Positions 12,449-25,057 of a stretch of DNA of 64,000 nt are shown one piece after another. A model generated the notes under the pieces. It was given only the letters and a program-made list of their open reading frames with translations, was not told the origin of the DNA and searched no databases. This DNA is from Rhodosorus marinus CCMP1338 (taxonomy: Eukaryota > Plantae > Rhodophyta): positions 248,001 through 312,000 of the forward strand of contig JAMWBK010000010.1 of the NCBI GenBank assembly GCA_029953675.1. The letters are read 5' to 3'. Numbering within the stretch: the first letter of the stretch is position 1; every line of letters starts with the position of its first letter. Position numbers and translations under genes: made by a program.

Positions 12449-13607
12449 TTCAGTTAGTCGCGCTCGAGCTTGCCGAACATTGCTAAGGCATCAAAACTTG
12501 ATGCATAGGACCAAGCCAGCTCGGGTCATTTGGACGCCTTTCATATCGTGTCGTCATGTAGCTTTATTCTGGACATAAAATAGTGAACAGAAGAGTCAAG
12601 CTTCGAGGCGAGCACCTTCCACCAAGGACGATTGTTGGATTGGGAAGCTGGGGCATAGTACAAGACAAGCCCATATTCTTCAGTTTGCTCCCAAATTCTC
12701 TCTGTGAAAATCCAAAGAAACGATGAGAAACCAAATCCAACAGCACGATGGGACACCGCACGGAAAAACGGTCTAAAAGAAAACATTGGGACAAAAAACA
12801 TTTGTCCCATTATGGTGTTTCTAATTGGATTGAAAAATTGGTTATTTTCCGTGGCTTAGCACGTCATCATCATCCATTGCCTCCTTTTTACGAAATTCAA
12901 GTAGCCATATACAGCGGTGTTGGACAATCTGATCTGCTTCTTGGGGGGTGGTCGTGATTAGGTATGTGAGCACCGGACCTTTTGTCGAGATTCCTGGTTC
13001 AAGACTGGAACTACATAGTTATCTTACGATTCTCATGATTGCAGTTAATCATAAAGCAAGCCCTCATCCAGTCCTTTTTCCATGCAAGCGATTGGAGAAA
13101 GTCGTCACCACGCTCCTAGGGTTTTGTAGTCGGGTGGGGCAAGCGGGTAGCCCCCGCCTCGACCTGGATGGCAACCCACAGCATGTATAGCCGAGGTTTT
13201 ATATGTTAACCACGTATCAACAAGTACCAGTTTCGCTCCCCAAGGTGTTCCAAAGTGATGTTTTGAAGAGGACTGTTACTTGTTTAGGTGTGCTGTTCTG
13301 GGGAAGGTGTCGTCAATAAGCGTTTCCCAATAGGGTGTGTGTATTGAATGCCTCTTGGGGCAGTCTATTGAGGGCTACCAAGTTGCTGAATAGCTTTGGT
13401 TATGTTTTGGGGGATGGTGAAGAGCGCGGAAACTTATATTTATTGAGTTTCATTCTGAAGATCTTCAGGTTGGCTTTGTTCTGAACTGAAATTGTTGGGA
13501 GCTTTAGATCCGATCATTGGAGCGAGGAGTGACGGGTTTTGGAGAGGAAGGGTTGTGCAGAGAGCTTTGAGGCGGAAAGGGTTTTTCGAGGGTGCAGTTT
13601 GGCTTTG

Positions 13608-14643
13608 ATGAGCGATGGAGGTGAGAAAAATCTTCTTGTTGCACAAATCTCCTTTTGCTTTTCGTTGGACACATATCGGTTGAGATGAGCTTGCAGGGTT
13701 CTGATTCCTGGTGTGGTTTTTTTGGCATAGGATCCAGTTCCTGAAGGACAGGCAGTTGAAGCGCCTGTTAAACGGTTTGGGAAATATTTCGACTTGAGCA
13801 CTACCGTAAGCCGTTTCACATCTGCAGTTCAGTTCTTCACGGGTATAAGTTTTGTCACAACTACAACGCGGTTTCTCGCCTTCGGGGTTTATAGGATTTT
13901 GTGAAGAGGATCATTCGGTCGTTTATTCCGGTGAGACCACTTCTGGGCTATGAGGAAGAAGATGATAACCATAAGCCGGATCTGTACGCACCCGTGTGGA
14001 TTCCCACAACCCTTATTCTGTCACTATCCGTCGGAAGAAGTCTTTATCTCTTCTTCGAGTCGATGGTTCAAGGGAGCGAATTCCAAAGCCCAGGTACAGT
14101 CAGAAGAAACCACACCAAATCTTTGTCCTTTGCAACTTAGGGAAAGTGATCACAATTTCCCTCCTGCAGGCCTCGATTTCAGAACCCTATGGCTATCGGC
14201 AGTGATAATCTACAGCTACTGTCTCGTAATCCCGGTGTCTCTCTTCGTGTTCAAGTTGTGTGCATCAGTAGATGTGCCATTCTTCGCGACGCTATGTGTT
14301 TATGGATACTCTATGGCGCCGGTTGTCGTAGCAGCCTTTGTATGTATCACGCCGATTAGAATTGTTCAGATATCGGCAATGGGTGAGCAAACCGGCTCCA
14401 TTCCATCTTAACGAGTGCTGAAAACCGTTCCAGAAGATCCATCAAACCGGACTGAGAAAGGATTCCTCCGTCCTTGTTTATTTATCAGGTGTTAGCTTCT
14501 TTCTCTCCACTATCTTCCTGTTTTATAATATCTGGAGAGAACAGACAGTAACGTCGAGGTCGTTAGCGTACTTTGTGAAACTTTTCACTGGAATTGTACA
14601 TATTGGATTGGGAATGGCGCTCACTTTCCTCTTCTATTTCTGA
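13608..14643 (+). CDS. Yip1-domain Golgi membrane protein (YIPF1/2-like), multi-exon
   Basis: Exons give KYFDLSTT, VKRIIRSFIP, PDLYAPVWIPTTLILSLS, LCVYGYSMAPV and several TM segments. It ends with TGA at 14641-14643. The first exon is inferred. Confidence 0.8.
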
Positions 14644-15243
14644 TCAAGCACTGCTCTGCTTTACGAGCCGTTTTTGGCCTGTCGTTACGAAGGAAGAAAC
14701 CTCACGTTGGTTGGAATCTCTTTAACTTCTTCGCCAAAGCACGAAGCCTACGCTTAGAGCCTTACTGCTGAGGACGAACTCAAGTCGTCTGGATGTGGTT
14801 GGCTCGGGAACTTTGGATATGTGGAATGGACCCGGTTTGCTTGGTGGAAAGGATGGTCCACCCCTGTACCTTTCAAGTCCTTTCTTGCTGACTGGATTTG
14901 GAACCTTTGAACAAATTTGTGGGAAAACATGCAACTTCAGGTCTATCCTTCTGATTGAATCAGAGAATAGCATTTCAATCGCTTCGGCTTACTGTTTGAG
15001 GTTTTCGTTTTGTCGGTGCATAAAACATAGCTGCTGCACTTAATGAAAACAACAGCATAGGGATCGCGCTCTAAAGCGTTCTCGTTTGTTCCGTTGCAAC
15101 CTTGGGATCCTTTTGGCCCAGGGCAAGATCGTTCTGATCTGGATTCACTCCATCTAGCGGCAATCTGAGAGGAAACTGGTAGTGTAGCGTTCGTCGTCGA
15201 AATTTTCACAAAAGAGTCGTTCCAGTGTCCTGCTTTTCTTCCT

Positions 15244-15835
15244 TCAGGAAATAGTCTTTTCTGGTCCGTCCTTGCCCTTCTCGGTATCATATGCCCACCC
15301 GTACTCGTCCTCCACAGCACAAATTGGACAGTCCAGCTGCTTCTTCCCTCGACAGTATCTAACATGAACAAACCCTTCGGTAAGAACTGGGGAAGCAAAT
15401 CGAAGCAACCCGCTCTTAAAAACTTACCTGCACTCAATCGTTCTGCCCATAACTCCTTCGCCGTGACAGACCTTCGAGGGAAGTAAACCATACGATCAGT
15501 TTGGAGTCCTATAAGTCTGATCATATCTCGCTTATGCCTCCCTATGAGATGTGGGAACTCACCGGGCAAACTACCAGCAGCGTCCCATGACAGTATGTAC
15601 AAGGTTTGGGCTCCTCTTCCTCGTGGTCAGCGCTTGTCGCGTCCGTATCAGTCCCAATTTCCGTTCCCGCGAGACAAACCAGGCTACTCCTTCCAGGTGG
15701 AACGGGCTTACCTGTCGGAAACCTATAGTAGCCCTTCAACAAGATTCCGTGATCCTGAAGACAAACACATCCACCACTTACAGACCCTGAAGTTCGCGCT
15801 CCTGCGAGAGGAGGAAACGTAAACCCTAACACCAT
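15244..15835 (-). CDS. Plastid-targeted DnaJ-type cysteine-rich zinc-finger protein (no J domain), 3 exons
   Basis: Introns 15472-15562 and 15359-15427 (GTGAGT/GTAAGT...AG) splice to CTYCHGTLLVVCPVCHGEGVMGRTIECRYCRGKKQLDCPIC, i.e. four CxxC(xGxG)-type half-sites. The N-terminus MVLGFTF resembles a transit peptide. Confidence 0.78.
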
Positions 15836-16064
15836 CAGGAGATCACAGACAGAGAGAGCACCGATCTAACAACGACAACAATGCTAACTTTCACGAAGGG
15901 CAGTCCTTTTCCAAACTAAGCAGAGCCTCGAGAGACCAAACTCGGTTCTCAACAAAGTCGTTCTTCATCAATCAGTCAAGGAACAAGACTGACTTGAAAA
16001 GAGAATCCCAACCGGGTTGACCCGCCCCTGGCGCATGTTCAACCGGAGGAGCGACCCTAATCCT

Positions 16065-16416
16065 TTTCCATACTGAGTACGAAGTGCCGCCAGAGATCGC
16101 AAGTCGCTTGGCAAAACTAGGTTTACGTTGTAACTCGGAGGGCTTAGCTTTTCAAGCAGTCGGGAAATAAGACTGACTCACAAGTGAACCCCTGGCGGTT
16201 GACGGTCCCCGGAGCCTGGCGAGCTAGGTTTGTTCCTAGTCCGTTTCCATACTGAGTACGAAGGGCCGCCAGAGATCACAAGTCGCTTGGCAATACTAGG
16301 TTTACGTTGTAACGCGGAGGGCGCAGCTATTAAAGCAGTCGGGAAATAAGACTGACTCACAAGCGAACACCTGACGGTTTTGACGGTCCCCGGAGCCTGG
16401 CGAGCTAGCTTTGTTC
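16065..16416. repeat. Two-copy direct tandem repeat, unit about 180 bp, roughly 90% identical
   Basis: tttccatactgagtacgaag starts at 16065 and 16244; both copies run through gggaaataagactgactcacaag to gagctag.tttgttc (16235 and 16416). Confidence 0.95.
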
Positions 16417-17369
16417 AGAATGACGAAAAGCATGCCAACACTAATCAACGCGAGTTTGTTTCTGAACAAGAAGATCTTCCACGAGGCGGGAAGAATTGGA
16501 ATGGCAAAAGCTCGGACTGAGTTTAGATAGGTCCAGCGATCGCTGGGGAGTATGGAACTTGTTACTTTACAATCGAGGGAGTCGGTCTTGGAGTGCCAAT
16601 CACAAGGAGTGCACACCTCCAACACACTTTTCTGCGTTGAAGGAGAAGACCATGAACAAGATAATTTCCCCATCACAGACCATGGGAGGCTTATCTATTG
16701 ATGTTCTCACAATGGAAGGTAGTAAACTGGACTCCCAACGTTTGTACTCGCAACGTCCCTGCCGTCGGAATAGATGAAAGTCTACTATCCACACTCATTC
16801 GTAGATCTTGCTAGAGGAGTCAGCTGCTTGGTTCTCTGATCCCTTTCAGCCTCACTCTTCCTCGTTTTAGTTGTTGGAATTGCGTTCCCATCTGGGTATC
16901 GGGTCGTTGCTCCACTCTGTCCCTTATACGCCGGGTCAGGTCTAAATACCTTAGGGTTTCAGTGGAACTTAAGGCCGCAGGTATTCTCAAGTGAGGAAAA
17001 TCAGTCCCCAGGAGGCAATGTATCGACCGCGAGGTCGATCACAAATGCCTTCCCCCAGGTTTCCGATTCTCGTATCGCTCTGGCTACTGGGTCTGCCATC
17101 GATCAGTGTCTCTATCAGTCAGGGGCGTCAGCAAGTGAGTTGCGAAGACCATCGAGGGGTCGCTATCATCGAGTGTCGAGTGTCCCGAGTGCCCTCTGCA
17201 GACGAATGGTTCACTCCACTTGAATCAAGGACTGTATTCCGCTCGTAGTCGAGACTTTCTGTTTGCTTCCCAAGCGAAAGATTCCCGCCGTCCTTTTTGT
17301 GCAATGTCTATGTCCATCTGGTCGTGGTCCGGATCTCGACCAGACTGTCCAGTGAGTTGGATTAATGTT

Positions 17370-18135
17370 CTAGAGAGTTATATCCCAGTTCTCTTCTTGC
17401 AACGCCATAAGCTTGACGCCATTTGCATCTGCTTTAAAAGAGTGGTTTGATTCGTAGAATTCGGTATCCTCGGCGGGCGCAATCAACGCGACTGAACAGC
17501 CCGGTACCATCTCTCTCAGCTCCTTCAAAGTTCTCTCCATGATCTGTCTCTTCAGACTGTTCTGCATAGCCAGCAGATGAGTTTTTCCGACTCAGTCGGG
17601 ACGATCATGACGATAGATCTTGGAAGGTATTCTCGGACTTACCGGATCTGGCAGTTCTGGATCCACAAGCACATCCCATATCGTAGAGTTCAACGCACCA
17701 TCTGTGAGCGCCCTAGCCATTGCCACCAGATCATCTTTGAGAACAAGACGTGCAGAAACAACCAGGGAACTAAAGTGAAGCGACTTCCGAATACGGTAGA
17801 GGTTTCTCGCCTGTTCATAAAGGATAGGGTCTGCTTTGTCAGACCGGGCGACTACAAGTCCGCATCTTATAGCGATGAAGAGCCGTTACCGAACAACCCC
17901 ATCAAGGTACTGACACAGATAGAGGACGTACCTTTTTCCCGTTCTTCACGAGAAGATCGTTCATCTCCTCAGGCTTCACCGCGGACTTGTCAGTCGATAT
18001 CGTCGACCTCTGCGTGGAAAGCTTGTTAATATTAGGCCGCTCTAATGGAATGTTCATTCCATCGTACGGATCGCACATCCGTACTCGACCACGAGCACGG
18101 CTCAGACCAACACAAATACCAGCAAAACCTAACAT
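17370..18135 (-). CDS. Plastid-targeted GNAT acetyltransferase, Ycf52/NSI (GNAT1/2)-like, 3 exons
   Basis: Spliced product MLGFAGIC...KNGKK|ARNLYRIRKSLHFSSLVVSARL...LVAMARALTDGALNSTIWDVLVDPELPDP|NSLKRQIMERTL. It resembles the family motif ARATSDGVFNATIWDVVVDP. Confidence 0.75.
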
Positions 18136-19786
18136 GCTAGCAAACCCTCTAGGAATGAACGCTAAGCTCTGTTCATTACAAAAAAAAAAAGAAAAAAATC
18201 TCGAACGCCCCAAACTGTTACAAGAAAAGAGAACACATGCCAGTCATAGACACATCAAAGCGTCAACATCCGATCCGCTAAGCTCCATGTTCCTATCTCC
18301 GCTCAGACCGAGGCACACACACAAAGGACACAAGCAGTAATCGCCGGTGATGTATTCAGGAGGTATCACCCTAGGATGTGAGGTGATGGCGATTCGCTTT
18401 TCAGAGCGACAAACACTTCGGTTACGACGTGCAGAGAGTGTGGTCACAAAGATTGTCTTCTACGGCGATGATACCGAATTCAGAAATTCGCAGAGGTCTA
18501 CCAATGCACCGGGACCTGACCCCAGAAACCTTGTCTCCGCAGGCGAGCCTTTGAGATTAGGTTTCAGATTCGACTTTTTGCGAAAAAAGCCGCCTGGAAA
18601 AAGTCAAAACTTCCTCCGTTTGGGAATCGAACATGTGTATCGTAGAATAGGGAGGGTGACTCTAGGCAAATTTCAATCACACCTCGCTAAAAAATCCGTG
18701 CTGTCTTTCATATAGAAAATGCTGCCAGCACATCAGTGACCAGCGTGCGAACTTTTTCCACACCCACTAAATGCACTTTATAGACCTAACACAAACCACC
18801 ACCTGAGAAATATAATTTACGTTTGTATTTATTGGATTGTTCCAAGTGTGGTCGGGTTCTTCTGTCAAAGGGTTTGTTGGGTTCTTAGCTGTTTACCCCT
18901 CTAAACCCCCACTGTTTTGGTGGGTTTAACCACTTCTTGGTCGAAAACAGCGAAAACCCCCTACACGCCCACTTGGGGGTCACAACCCTAGTATTTATAT
19001 ACAAAAAAAAAGTTTCATTTTTTGAAAGGAAAAATTAAAAACTATATATATATATATGAATAGAGGAAATTCATCCCAAAAAATGAGATTCCAAAACAGT
19101 CTACAAAACATCTATATTTCAATCCTTTTTTGTCGAAGGAGGCAGAAAACGGTTAAAAAGTTTGAAATAAACAAGAGTGCGAAAAATGTACAAATAGATA
19201 ATTGTCTTTTGTTAATTTTATAGTTTATCACAATAAGTATTCACAATATTATGAATATACAATTGATTTATTTTGAAATAATTGTGGATTGGATAAAACT
19301 TTGAAAAACATGGTTAATGAGATGTTGGGGATGGCAAAAGTTGACGGGAGTTCGGTGATTGACAACGTTGTGATCTTCTTAGTGTCGATAAGACGGGTTA
19401 GCAAACTGTGGATTTTAGTAAGCAGTTCCATCTGGTGGGACACAGAAGTAGCGCACACACATATCCCTTCGCGTTCCCTGTGCTTGAGGACCCATCGATT
19501 TGAGTATCAGCCTTTTGATCGTGGGTGAGTAGGACTGTAAAGTTGTCTGCTGAAAACAAGCGCAACCTGATAAGCGCTGGATCTATTTAAGCAAATTCTC
19601 CAGGTAAGGTAACAGCTTGTCCCTTTCCGCTGTCCCGAATCCGATCTGCATGGAATTTACATTACAAACCATGGGAAACCCGAAATCGTTTGTGGGTGTC
19701 GGGAACAGGTAGCCGGGTAGCAGGAACAAGTGCCGGCGCTGCAGGAATCGGGATGCTTCTGAAAAAAGAAGCGAAAAGTCTTCGTT

Positions 19787-21264
19787 ATGGTGGTAAGGCA
19801 ATAGAACTGTCTCAAATTTTTCCGAATTGGAAATCTAATAACGAAGAGTTGCTCCTTTTTCGATTGCCCATCTTCTTCGTTTCTCTCCGTCGGTGAGGTC
19901 AGTTGGTTCTAATCATTGGCGATTTGCATGGTACGCTCGAATTCCTCCACGATCTTTTGAGTGGCTGGGCTAGATTCTTTTACTACAAAACTCATCTGCA
20001 GTCAACTTGCTAAACTTGATCTGACTGGCAACGCAGTTCCTCATAGGTCTCCAGTGTTTCCGTCTCGCTTCAAGAGCCTGCTAGCTCCTGGAAAGGTCCA
20101 ATACATCCTTTGCACGGTAAGCTTCTTCAGGCGAGCATAGAAAGTTAGAACCCAAAAATTTCTTCGTCTGAGAAAGCTGAGGAGTCCCGCCTCTTGATCA
20201 CGACCGTTCTGCAGGGAAACTTATGTACACGCGAGATGGAAGAGTACCTAAGGAGCCTCTGCTCGGAGGTGCATATAGCTCAGGGTGATATGGACGAAGT
20301 AAGCGTCTACGCGCATGTTTCCAATTGTCGAGTCCTCAGCGCGTGATCTTATACCAATCTACGCGTTCATCATTGTCTCCCAACCCGTAGGGTCGATATC
20401 AAGAACTAGTTGCTCTGCATGTTGGCTCAGTGTCATTCGCAATCTGTCACGGACATCAGGTTCTGCCCTGGTATGATGAAACCGCGCAGATTGCCCTTCA
20501 GAGGTAAAGCTGTTCATCATCAATAATGAAAGCTTCAGGGCCTCCCCTGCAAAAGCTTCCTTTGTTCTCTGCTCGATTAATCGCGTATGAGATAACCAAG
20601 CACCGCAAGGATAAGGCTGAGAGAAAGAGCGAAGCAGATTGAGTCCTTGTCGGCTCCTGCGTATGAAGGATATTCACAAAACTTTCTAAACCATCGCCGA
20701 AAAAACTCTCCTTCTCTACCGGCTTTTTTTTTGCAGGGACCTCGGCGTGGACGTCTTGGTTGTCGGTCATTCTCACAAGATAGGGACTATTGAGTGCCCA
20801 GGAGGCGGCATTATCATCAACCCTGGAACTGTGAGCATGATCTAATCGCATGTTTCCGCCTAGTTGTCATTGTTACTCATCAGCTTCAAATCTCCACATG
20901 TGCACCGTCAGGCCACTGGAGCTCCAAGAGTTATCGACCTGGAAGCCCCGAAACCGTCCTTTGTTCTTATGGATATACAAGGAAGGAAGCTCGTGACTTA
21001 TACATATACTCTGGAAAACGAGGTGAGGAAAATCGTTCGCATCGCTCACCCCACGAGGGAGACGGGTACAGGTCGTTTCAGACTGATGTTCAGGAAGAGA
21101 ACAAGAGGAAACTCTCTCAGCAAGAACTGGAACAGCAGCACTTGTCATGTCAAAGCTGTGCTTTCTCGAAAAGTCATAGATGCCTGTGGAGCTGATGGAT
21201 ATTATTTCTGCTTTGGTAACAGGATGATATCAAGGTGGATAGAAGTGTAGTCCAGTTGAGATAG
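19787..21264 (+). CDS. VPS29: Retromer subunit Vps29, multi-exon
   Basis: Exons: MV|LVLIIGDLH|VPHRSPVFPSRFKSLLAPGKVQYILCT|GNLCTREMEEYLRSLCSEVHIAQGDMDE, then FAICHGHQVLPW, DVLVVGHSH, IINPG, PSFVLMDIQGRKLVTYTYTLENE|DDIKVDRSVVQLR*. Confidence 0.93.
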
Positions 21265-24042
21265 GACGCCATTTTCGCTGGAAGAGGCTGGGAGTGGCGT
21301 GGGAGTTTTGGGTCAATAGTTCGCTGCTTGTACGATAAAAAGAATTATGCAGGTTTCAGGATGTCGCATGGCGAGTTGCCTCAGACAACTAGATCCTTCA
21401 CGGCGTGTGGATCGTCACTACACATGCACTAACATGCCAACAACTATTGGGGATCGGGACGTGAGACCGTCCACGGCGGCTCCTTCTTCTTGCTGACCAA
21501 TCCAAGTTTGGTATCACAACCCCGATCATCGTGTCCATGGTAGGTAGTCGCTTACTAGACGAAGCAACGAGTCTGGAGATGTGCATCCTCGGAGGCAATG
21601 AGCATCGAGGGTACGGGATTTGGAACTGCAGATATTCGTGATCCTACTCTCGTTCTCTCGCCAGTGATGGCCGAAAGAGGGTTAGAAGGTTTTGGTGGGC
21701 TTTGGCATCACCCATTTCTTTAGAAACGTGATCCAATCCCTTCATATATGGCATGCAAGTTGCGCCGCCGATCGAAGCCGGTCCGCTGTGCAGAACATCA
21801 AAAGCGTTTCCATTTCAAAAAAATGAACGGGTTTGTTTGGAGAGTCCACCAGGATGACTTGTGCAAATGACCGGTCCCTCTCGATGGCTTGCTTCTAATT
21901 AGCAAAACTATTCGGGTCGGGACTCACCATGCACACGAATCGCTCGCGGCTGCCTCCGGATAACCAGGTCTAAAACAGAAGATGCAGAAATCATCAAAGC
22001 AGCAAACCAACGAGACAAAAAAAGAAAGATTCAAACGCCCTCTTAAGCGGTCCGGTGTTCTTGTAGCAGTCGTATTATTCCGGGTAGGACATATCAGAAA
22101 CCCCTTCTCGGTATCTTGACCAACTGCATGATAATCATACTCTAGCGAGACATCTTAAAAACCAATAGTCCAGATTTTCAAGTAGTGAATTCTCCATTCA
22201 CAAAGTTCGAATGGGCCTCACCCTCCGTCACGCTCACAACCAAACCCGAAACTCCTACCCCATACGCCACAAAAGAAACAACGCTATAAGAGTCACCACA
22301 CTACTAGATTGATGTCAGTCATTATTGCACCGTGCTCATTCCTGAAACGGAAGCCTTAAAACCATAATGGCGCGGCCCTCTATTTTATTTCAATATTTCA
22401 GCTGTTTTTCAATCCCTTTCGTGCACAGAATTCAAAAGGGTATGTACCGGTCGTTGACAAAACCCTTTCCCCTCCCTCCCCCTGCCGGGGGGATTTTTTC
22501 TTTGATCATTGCGAGTCCATTCTCCCGAGAGGAGACGCGGTGTCTGACACTCTCAGAATAATATTAAAAACACGAAATCTTCGAGATGGACCTTCTGACA
22601 CTGAACTTTGCTTTAGACGTCCGTTACCAAAAACCATTCCTATATTTTGAATCTGCAATGGCTCGTTTCCGCCATAAGTTCTTAAAAATATGACTTGTCC
22701 CATCCTTTTTTCGTATGTCCCAATCCGTACTCGGCTTAGTACGTCATTTCGAAACTACCGTTCTCGATTTTTCTACGCCCCAGGGGTTGAGAGAAGAATA
22801 CTCTCAACCCTTTCATGAATACCGCAACGCCCTATATGAAAAATGTTCCCTGCAGTTCAAAATTTTCGTGCTGAAGGTAACCCCCCTCCACCCCTATGGT
22901 CATGTATATCCACAGCTTTGACCAATTGTCGGTGGGGACCCCCCATTCAAACCAGGTACCCAATCATACTTGTCTGGAAAGTCAGTCTGTCCAATCACAA
23001 ATAAGATCCAAACTATCATATCCCAGTTTCGCATCCCACCCCTCTTCAAGTTCGTCCGCAATTTTTTCATCTCCCAGACCCTACCCTTTTCGAGGGTAAA
23101 AAACTCTACTCATGACTAATAAAACTTGTAATAAACACTATTTTCCAATTACAACAAAAAATACCCACCCCAGCGGTTTGTTCAACTTATACATCCTAAA
23201 ACAAGAACAGCCAACCTCCCTGTCCCAAGGCAAAATATAGGTATTTCTCTCTTTGCTAAGAAAACCTAACAAAAAGAAAATTGCATCCCTGAAGGACAAA
23301 ATCGTACTCGAAAACTGAGCTAGGTCTTTAAAATATATCATTATTTGATATCTTGCAAACGAACTACGAATACAAACCCCCCCCCCCCCCTCGCGGGGAA
23401 AAAGGAAAAGATAGCAAGATGGAGGGGGTCAAGTGAAGAGGTGAAAAAAGTGGTTTGTGCTTTGCGGTTTTTTTTTCTTTTCTAATTCTCTTCTGAACGT
23501 AGGAGCGACTTTTAGCAATACTTTTTGTTTGGCCAATTGATATCCAACGAAAAACGACCAATGTTTCTTCCTGGATTTGGATTAACACCGAAGAGCGTTG
23601 ATGTCGATTTAGAGGACTGCGACATTGGTGGTGCCTTTGCAAGGAGTCTGGTTTGGGTGTGAGGGCAGCAGTAGCATTTAGCAAAAGAGCAATCTGTTCT
23701 TCTCTTTGCCTATTGCTCCTGTGTGTTAAAGCTAGGCTGACTTGGATGAGCCTCTTGACCTAAGCTTTCGTTGAAAGAGTCTTTAAAGAGAGGGGATTGA
23801 TTGAGTGGATGAAGAAGTAGTCATGGATGTGATGTATGAGACTTCGCGATCTTGAGTGTTGTATAGGTGTGCGGAATCTTGCTGAACGGCAATGGATCAA
23901 CGGTGGGTACATGAAATCGAACTGTGTCGCCCATCTTTTGCAGGCGCTGATTATGGCTTCTGCCTTTTCTTCCATGATTTGCAGTAGCAGTCTCTTCGAA
24001 GCCAGGGGCGAACTTGTGGCCACCTATTCATCGCTCAGCACG

Positions 24043-24524
24043 ATGGAGAAAGAGAACATTGGCTCAAGAGAGCAGCAGAAGAACTCTGAACAGCGTACCC
24101 CTCTGGCTCCGAGAAAAGTTGCCGAAAACTTTTCCAGGGACGATTCGACAAAGGTGCAGGGAGAAATGTCCAAGTCGCTCCGGATTGGTCTAAAAAGAAA
24201 GAGATCATCTCCAGCGACTGAGGAGGTAAGGCATAATATTCACATTCGTCTGAACGCTCCTCGAGGTGAATTAACCTCTGCTCGTCACGTCACATCTTTC
24301 AGGTTCATCTGCGAGAGCCGCTTCCCGTGAATCTTTTCTTCTCGAGAATAGGATTCGATATCCCTCCCCGTCCTAGGCCAGACCCCAATCTGGTCAAATT
24401 CCAGAAAGTGTATATGACTGATGAAGAATCCAAGCTGCTTCAGCGTAGAGCGAGCGAGAGATCCCAGTGGCCACCCGCAATCAAGGCCCAGCTAAACCCG
24501 AGAATGAGAAGACACTTTAACTAA
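24043..24524 (+). CDS. Hypothetical 134-aa protein with N-terminal KEN box, RxxL motif and basic NLS, 2 exons
   Basis: ATG at 24043; clean phase-0 intron 24226-24302 (GTAAGG...CAG); exon 2 is open to TAA at 24522-24524. No family recognised. Confidence 0.6.
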
Positions 24525-25057
24525 CCCCTTTTCCTATTGTAAAGTTCCGCTCCTCCCCTTTTTTTAAAAGAAAACACTCTTCAATTCCTGAAATCAGCCT
24601 TGTCGTTTTCGATTAACTCCCTCTCGAGCTCTCAAGCCCACTTCCAGTTGCATCGGACGCATTCGAATATAGCGCCCTCAACATACTCAGAATCGATACG
24701 TCTTCCCCTCACCCCCCGCCCCAAACGACCCAAACGACACCGGTTCGATCCCGAACAGTCGGGACGTATCTCATGGTGTCCAATTAAATTCTTTCGTGAA
24801 TTGAGGATTGGCCAATAGTGCACGTCTAAACTCAATGGTCTTTGATGAGAATTCGGGGGGCACTCAAGAGATTGGGTTTTCTTGTTGGAAGTTGATGGGG
24901 CATCGGGGTCTAGCTTCGGCGTTTCGGCCGGTGATACAAAGTACAGGGTACAGGTGTGTTTCTTTTAATTTGGATCCATGGATTGTTACAAGGTCTCTTA
25001 GGTATATAGAGGCCAAACAGCTCTAGGAAACGATTAGATAAATGGCCCGTTCGACCT

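Noticed and set aside
14943-15602. 219-aa ORF in the track
   Set aside because: It overlaps the spliced zinc-finger gene in a different frame, running through its introns and 3' UTR; a shadow ORF.
15821-15829. Telo-box/telomere-like aaaccctaa
   Set aside because: Single copy lying inside the codons for the transit peptide (TTA GGG TTT on the - strand).
23364-23975. About 203-codon - strand frame (MEEKAEA…) interrupted by one TAG at 23760-23762, a possible readthrough gene
   Set aside because: No phase-compatible donor, no recognisable domain, and the distal part is low-complexity UTR-like sequence; probably chance.
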